From assembly GCA_046485285.1 (NCBI GenBank), contig JAWOHE010000071.1, positions 1 through 19,633 of the forward strand: DNA of 19,633 bases, read 5' to 3'. Shown in pieces: positions 17,192 through 19,633 of this stretch (the stretch's first letter is position 1; the number at the start of each line of letters is the position of its first letter). The translations under genes and the position numbers were made by a program. Origin of the DNA: a bacterium. GTDB lineage: Bacteria > Hydrothermota > Tepidihabitantia > Tepidihabitantales > Tepidihabitantaceae. The notes beneath the pieces were generated by a model. The model worked only from the letters and a program-made list of their open reading frames with translations. It was not told the DNA's origin and made no database searches.

Positions 17192-17605
17192 TTGAATCAC
17201 TACGAAGCAGTGACGCTCCTCGTGCCGGAGTTCGCCGACAAGGACGTCCAGAAATACGTCGATGACCTGACCGAACTGCTCGGCCGTCACGGCGCCGCCG
17301 AGATCAGCCCGGCCCGGGTTGACCGCCGCGCGCTCGCCTACCCGGTCCGCAAGCGCACCGAGGGCTACTACGTCTACCTCCGCTTCGACGCCCCGGCCGG
17401 CCTGCCCGCGGAAGTCAAGAGCGAGTTCAAGCACCGCGAGGGCATCCTCCGCCTCGCCTTCGTGCGCCGGCCCAGGCTCGCGCCCGAGCCCGAGCTCGCC
17501 GGCCGCCCGGCCCCGCCGCCGCTGCCCGAAGAGCCGGTCGAGGACATCGAGGTCCCGCCCGAGCCGGCCGAGGCCGGCGAAGCCCCGGAGCGGGACGATG
17601 GCTGA
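17192..17605 (+). CDS. rpsF: 30S ribosomal protein S6
   Basis: SD AGGAGG, TTG start; HYE, RRALAYPVRK..EGYY, ILR; Pro/Glu-rich tail. Confidence 0.93.
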   Translation: MNHYEAVTLLVPEFADKDVQKYVDDLTELLGRHGAAEISPARVDRRALAYPVRKRTEGYYVYLRFDAPAGLPAEVKSEFKHREGILRLAFVRRPRLAPEPELAGRPAPPPLPEEPVEDIEVPPEPAEAGEAPERDDG

Positions 17606-18038
17606 CCTCCGGCTCGGCAGCCTCAACATCGTGCTCCTGACCGGCCGGGTCACGATGGACCCGGAACTCCGCTACACGCCGAAGGGCACCGCCGTCCTCC
17701 AGTTCCGGGTCGCGGTCAACCGCCGCTACCCGGACCGCAGCACCGGCGAGTGGAAAGAGGACACCTCGTTCTTCACCGTCATCGTCTGGGCCCAGCAGGC
17801 CGAGCGCCTCGGCGAGCAGATGAAGAAAGGCTCGGCGGTGATGATCGAGGGCGAACTCCGCAGTCGGTCCTGGGAGACCCAGTCCGGCGACAAGCGCTCG
17901 GTCGTCGAGATCCACGCCCGCCGGGTCCAGGTCCTCGACCGGGCCGCCGCCGGCGAAGCCCGGGCCGAAACCCCGGTCGTGGACCCGGAAGGCCCGCCCG
18001 AAGCCGGCACCGACCTGCTCGACGACATCCCGTTCTGA
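17598..18038 (+). CDS. ssb: Single-stranded DNA-binding protein
   Basis: LNIVLLTGR..DPELRYTP.G, KKGS.VMIEGEL.SRSWE, C-terminal DDIPF; ATG 17598. Confidence 0.97.
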   Translation: MADLRLGSLNIVLLTGRVTMDPELRYTPKGTAVLQFRVAVNRRYPDRSTGEWKEDTSFFTVIVWAQQAERLGEQMKKGSAVMIEGELRSRSWETQSGDKRSVVEIHARRVQVLDRAAAGEARAETPVVDPEGPPEAGTDLLDDIPF

Positions 18039-18063
18039 GCCGGCCGGGCGTTCGGCCGGTCAG
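18035..18063. terminator. GC-rich hairpin between convergent ssb and PASTA-TonB genes
   Basis: CCGGCCG-GGCGTT-CGGCCGG (18040-18059), extended by CTGA/TCAG that include both stop codons; no U-tract. Confidence 0.45.
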
Positions 18064-18725
18064 GGCTCGAGCATCGGGTCGCGGGGGGTGCCCGCGGGCG
18101 CGGGCTCGTGCTGTTCCTTGTACTCCCAGTGAAACGGCAACGGAAACCACACCCGCACCGGCGCGTCGTAGTGCTCGGCCGGGTGGAAGCTCGCCCGCAG
18201 GGCGGCGTCGAGCGCGGCCGAATCCGCCTCCGCGTGGCCGGACGACTCGACCAGCTTCGCGGCCAGCACTCCACCGTCGAAATCGACCAGCGCCTCGACC
18301 TGCGCCTTCCCGCTGAACGCGTACTTGAGCAGCTCCGGCGGGTAGCCGGCTCCGACCAGCCGCTTCGGCTCGGGCGCCTTCTGGACCCGATAGAATCCTA
18401 CCTGGTGCCGGAAGTCGCCGAGCAGCGGCAGTGCCGAGTCCTCCCAGTAGCGCAGGACGTGCGGGCAGTTGAACTCCAGCACGACCGTCGACTCGGGCAG
18501 GACCTCGCTCCCCGCGGCCGGCGACTGCCCGGCGACGTGGAACTCCGGAACCTCCGCGGTGTCGACCGCGACCTGCCGGTAGCGCACCGGCACGCCCAGC
18601 CCGCGCACTGCCCGGCTCGCCGGGTAGAGCGCCTCGCCGACTAGGGCCGGCATCGTCACCGCGCCAGAGTCCTGCGCGCCGGCGACCGCCGCCAGCACGA
18701 CACAGACCAGCAGTAGCGTGCGCAC
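18060..18725 (-). CDS. Exported PASTA domain + TonB C-terminal domain protein
   Basis: Signal peptide; PASTA (TMPALVG...VAGQSPAAGSEV....TVVL); TonB_C (YPP...SGKAQVEALVDFDGGV...SSG...DSAALDAA...FHPA...PVRVW..LPF). Confidence 0.82.
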   Translation of the reverse strand: MRTLLLVCVVLAAVAGAQDSGAVTMPALVGEALYPASRAVRGLGVPVRYRQVAVDTAEVPEFHVAGQSPAAGSEVLPESTVVLEFNCPHVLRYWEDSALPLLGDFRHQVGFYRVQKAPEPKRLVGAGYPPELLKYAFSGKAQVEALVDFDGGVLAAKLVESSGHAEADSAALDAALRASFHPAEHYDAPVRVWFPLPFHWEYKEQHEPAPAGTPRDPMLEP

Positions 18726-18730
18726 GAATG

Positions 18731-18759
18731 AGCCTAGGACAAGCCGGCTTCGCTGTCAA
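18731..18759 (-). promoter_or_regulatory. Leaderless-type promoter of the PASTA-TonB gene
   Basis: TTGACA (18759-18754)-N17-TAGGCT (18736-18731), 5 nt before GTG 18725. Confidence 0.65.
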
Positions 18760-19314
18760 GCCGCGAGTACCCGAGCCCTGACTTCTGCCCTCCGACTTCT
18801 CCGCTTCCCGGTCTTCCCCGTCGCGACGCACGGCCTGCTCGCCACATCAGTGAGCCTCGCGTCTGTTGGGTGCCGCCGGCCCGGAAAGCCAGCGCCGAAT
18901 CATCAGTCCTCGGGGAGCGAAACCGCCCCGCGTCCTCCAACTCAAACGATTGCGCGCGCTCGCCGCGCCCGGCTCTCGCAGTCACGAGGACCCGGTCCTC
19001 CCGCACCGACCGCCGGGCGTACCGGTCCAGCACCGGCGCAAGCTCCCAAAACGATGCGCCACAGGCCCGCCTGCGCGCAACGCGCGGGCAGGCTCGCCTG
19101 CGCGCGACGCGCGGGCAGGCCCGCAGGTAATCCGCAACCCGCCACAGCGTCGGGCACCCCACCCGGCCGTGCTCAAGCCGGCTGAGGTGCGAGCAGAAGC
19201 CGGCTTCCGGCCCATCAGGTGCGCCAGCTCGACCAGGCTAAGCCCGGCCCGAAGCCGCAACCCGCGTAACGCCGCACCCGGCGCAACCGTCTCTCCCGGT
19301 CTGAAGCCAGCCAC
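18734..19314 (-). pseudogene. Frameshifted XRE-family HTH gene
   Basis: GAALRGLRLRAGLSLVELAHLMGRKP continues in the -1 frame at about 19201 as GFCSHLSRLEHGRVGCPTLWRVADYLRAC; together these make one HTH_XRE domain. The 3' end is uncertain. Confidence 0.7.
19062..19124. repeat. 27-bp tandem repeat (about 2.3 copies) with palindromic unit
   Basis: CAGGCCCGCCTGCGCGCAACGCGCGGG / CAGGCTCGCCTGCGCGCGACGCGCGGG / CAGGCCCGC. Confidence 0.9.
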
Positions 19315-19337
19315 CTTCGCATCACTGCCAATGGCCT

Positions 19338-19366
19338 ATGTTAGTGGAGACTAACGACCCTGTCAA
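19338..19366 (-). promoter_or_regulatory. Sigma70 promoter with overlapping operator-like palindrome, upstream of the HTH gene
   Basis: TTGACA (19366-19361)-N17-TAACAT (19343-19338); GTTAGT-N4-ACTAAC at 19340-19355. Confidence 0.6.
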
Positions 19367-19491
19367 CTTGGAAATAGCCACAATCGATTGAAAAGCCAGA
19401 ACTTGATTGGGCTTCGAATTTACCCCCTCCCCCATACCCGGTAAGTTGCGTGCCATAATGTCTGCAAATTGGCAAAGAGAGAGTGGCCATT

Positions 19492-19633
19492 GAGCCGTGC
19501 CGCATTCCGATGAGAATGTGGCGTCAGTTATGATCGAAAGGAGGCTCGAATGGCCACAAGAAGAATGACCGATAGTAACACAGCCGAGGCGCCCGGACAA
19601 GGGTTTCTACTGGATGACCCGGAAGTGCTCAAG
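19492..19633 (+). mobile_element. Probable left end of an IS256-family insertion sequence (transposase 5' end at 19550)
   Basis: TATGAT box, SD AAAGGAGG, ATG 19550 open to the edge: MATRRMTDSNTAEAPGQGFLLDDPEVLK, resembling the MAT...LLDD(P) N-terminus I recall for some IS256 transposases. Only 28 codons are visible and the boundary at 19492 is a guess. Confidence 0.5.

Noticed and set aside
18840-18935. Possible hammerhead ribozyme (CTGATGA on minus at 18906-18900) or c-di-AMP riboswitch (GCCGAATC on plus)
   Set aside because: No stem II followed by GAAA for a hammerhead; the remaining ydaO consensus elements are not found.
19062-19124. CRISPR array
   Set aside because: The units are directly adjacent with no spacers, and there are no cas genes.
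19322-19600. 92-aa minus-strand ORF
   Set aside because: No SD or motif; it overlaps a promoter and the better-supported plus-strand ORF at 19550.

Overview
GC-rich (roughly 70%) bacterial chromosome segment from a probable diderm; the gene repertoire resembles candidate-phylum (WOR-3-like) genomes, which is inference only. Left to right: the 5' part of a secreted-protein gene running off the left edge, preceded by a poly-G uORF; greA (long form)-tsaC on +; an 8-gene minus-strand unit (two Fe-S 'CoA activase/dehydratase-related' proteins, MazG-like protein, four uncharacterised membrane proteins, a Wzi-like outer-membrane barrel); a secreted serine hydrolase followed by ispE-tRNA(Gln)-prs-rplY-pth-ychF-rpsF-ssb; a PASTA+TonB_C gene; a frameshifted XRE-HTH gene; and the probable left end of an IS256-family element at the right edge. 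Best candidate for an undescribed system: the four-gene membrane cluster at 4680-7904, which looks like two pairs of paralogues with opposite membrane orientation (an inside-out symmetric complex, possibly a new transporter). Also notable are a G9-tract uORF that would fuse to the downstream gene on a +1 slip, mirror-symmetric back-to-back promoters with near-leaderless starts, promoters inside ispE and ychF, and a CTG start for ispE. All family names come from motif recognition by eye; no database search was run.
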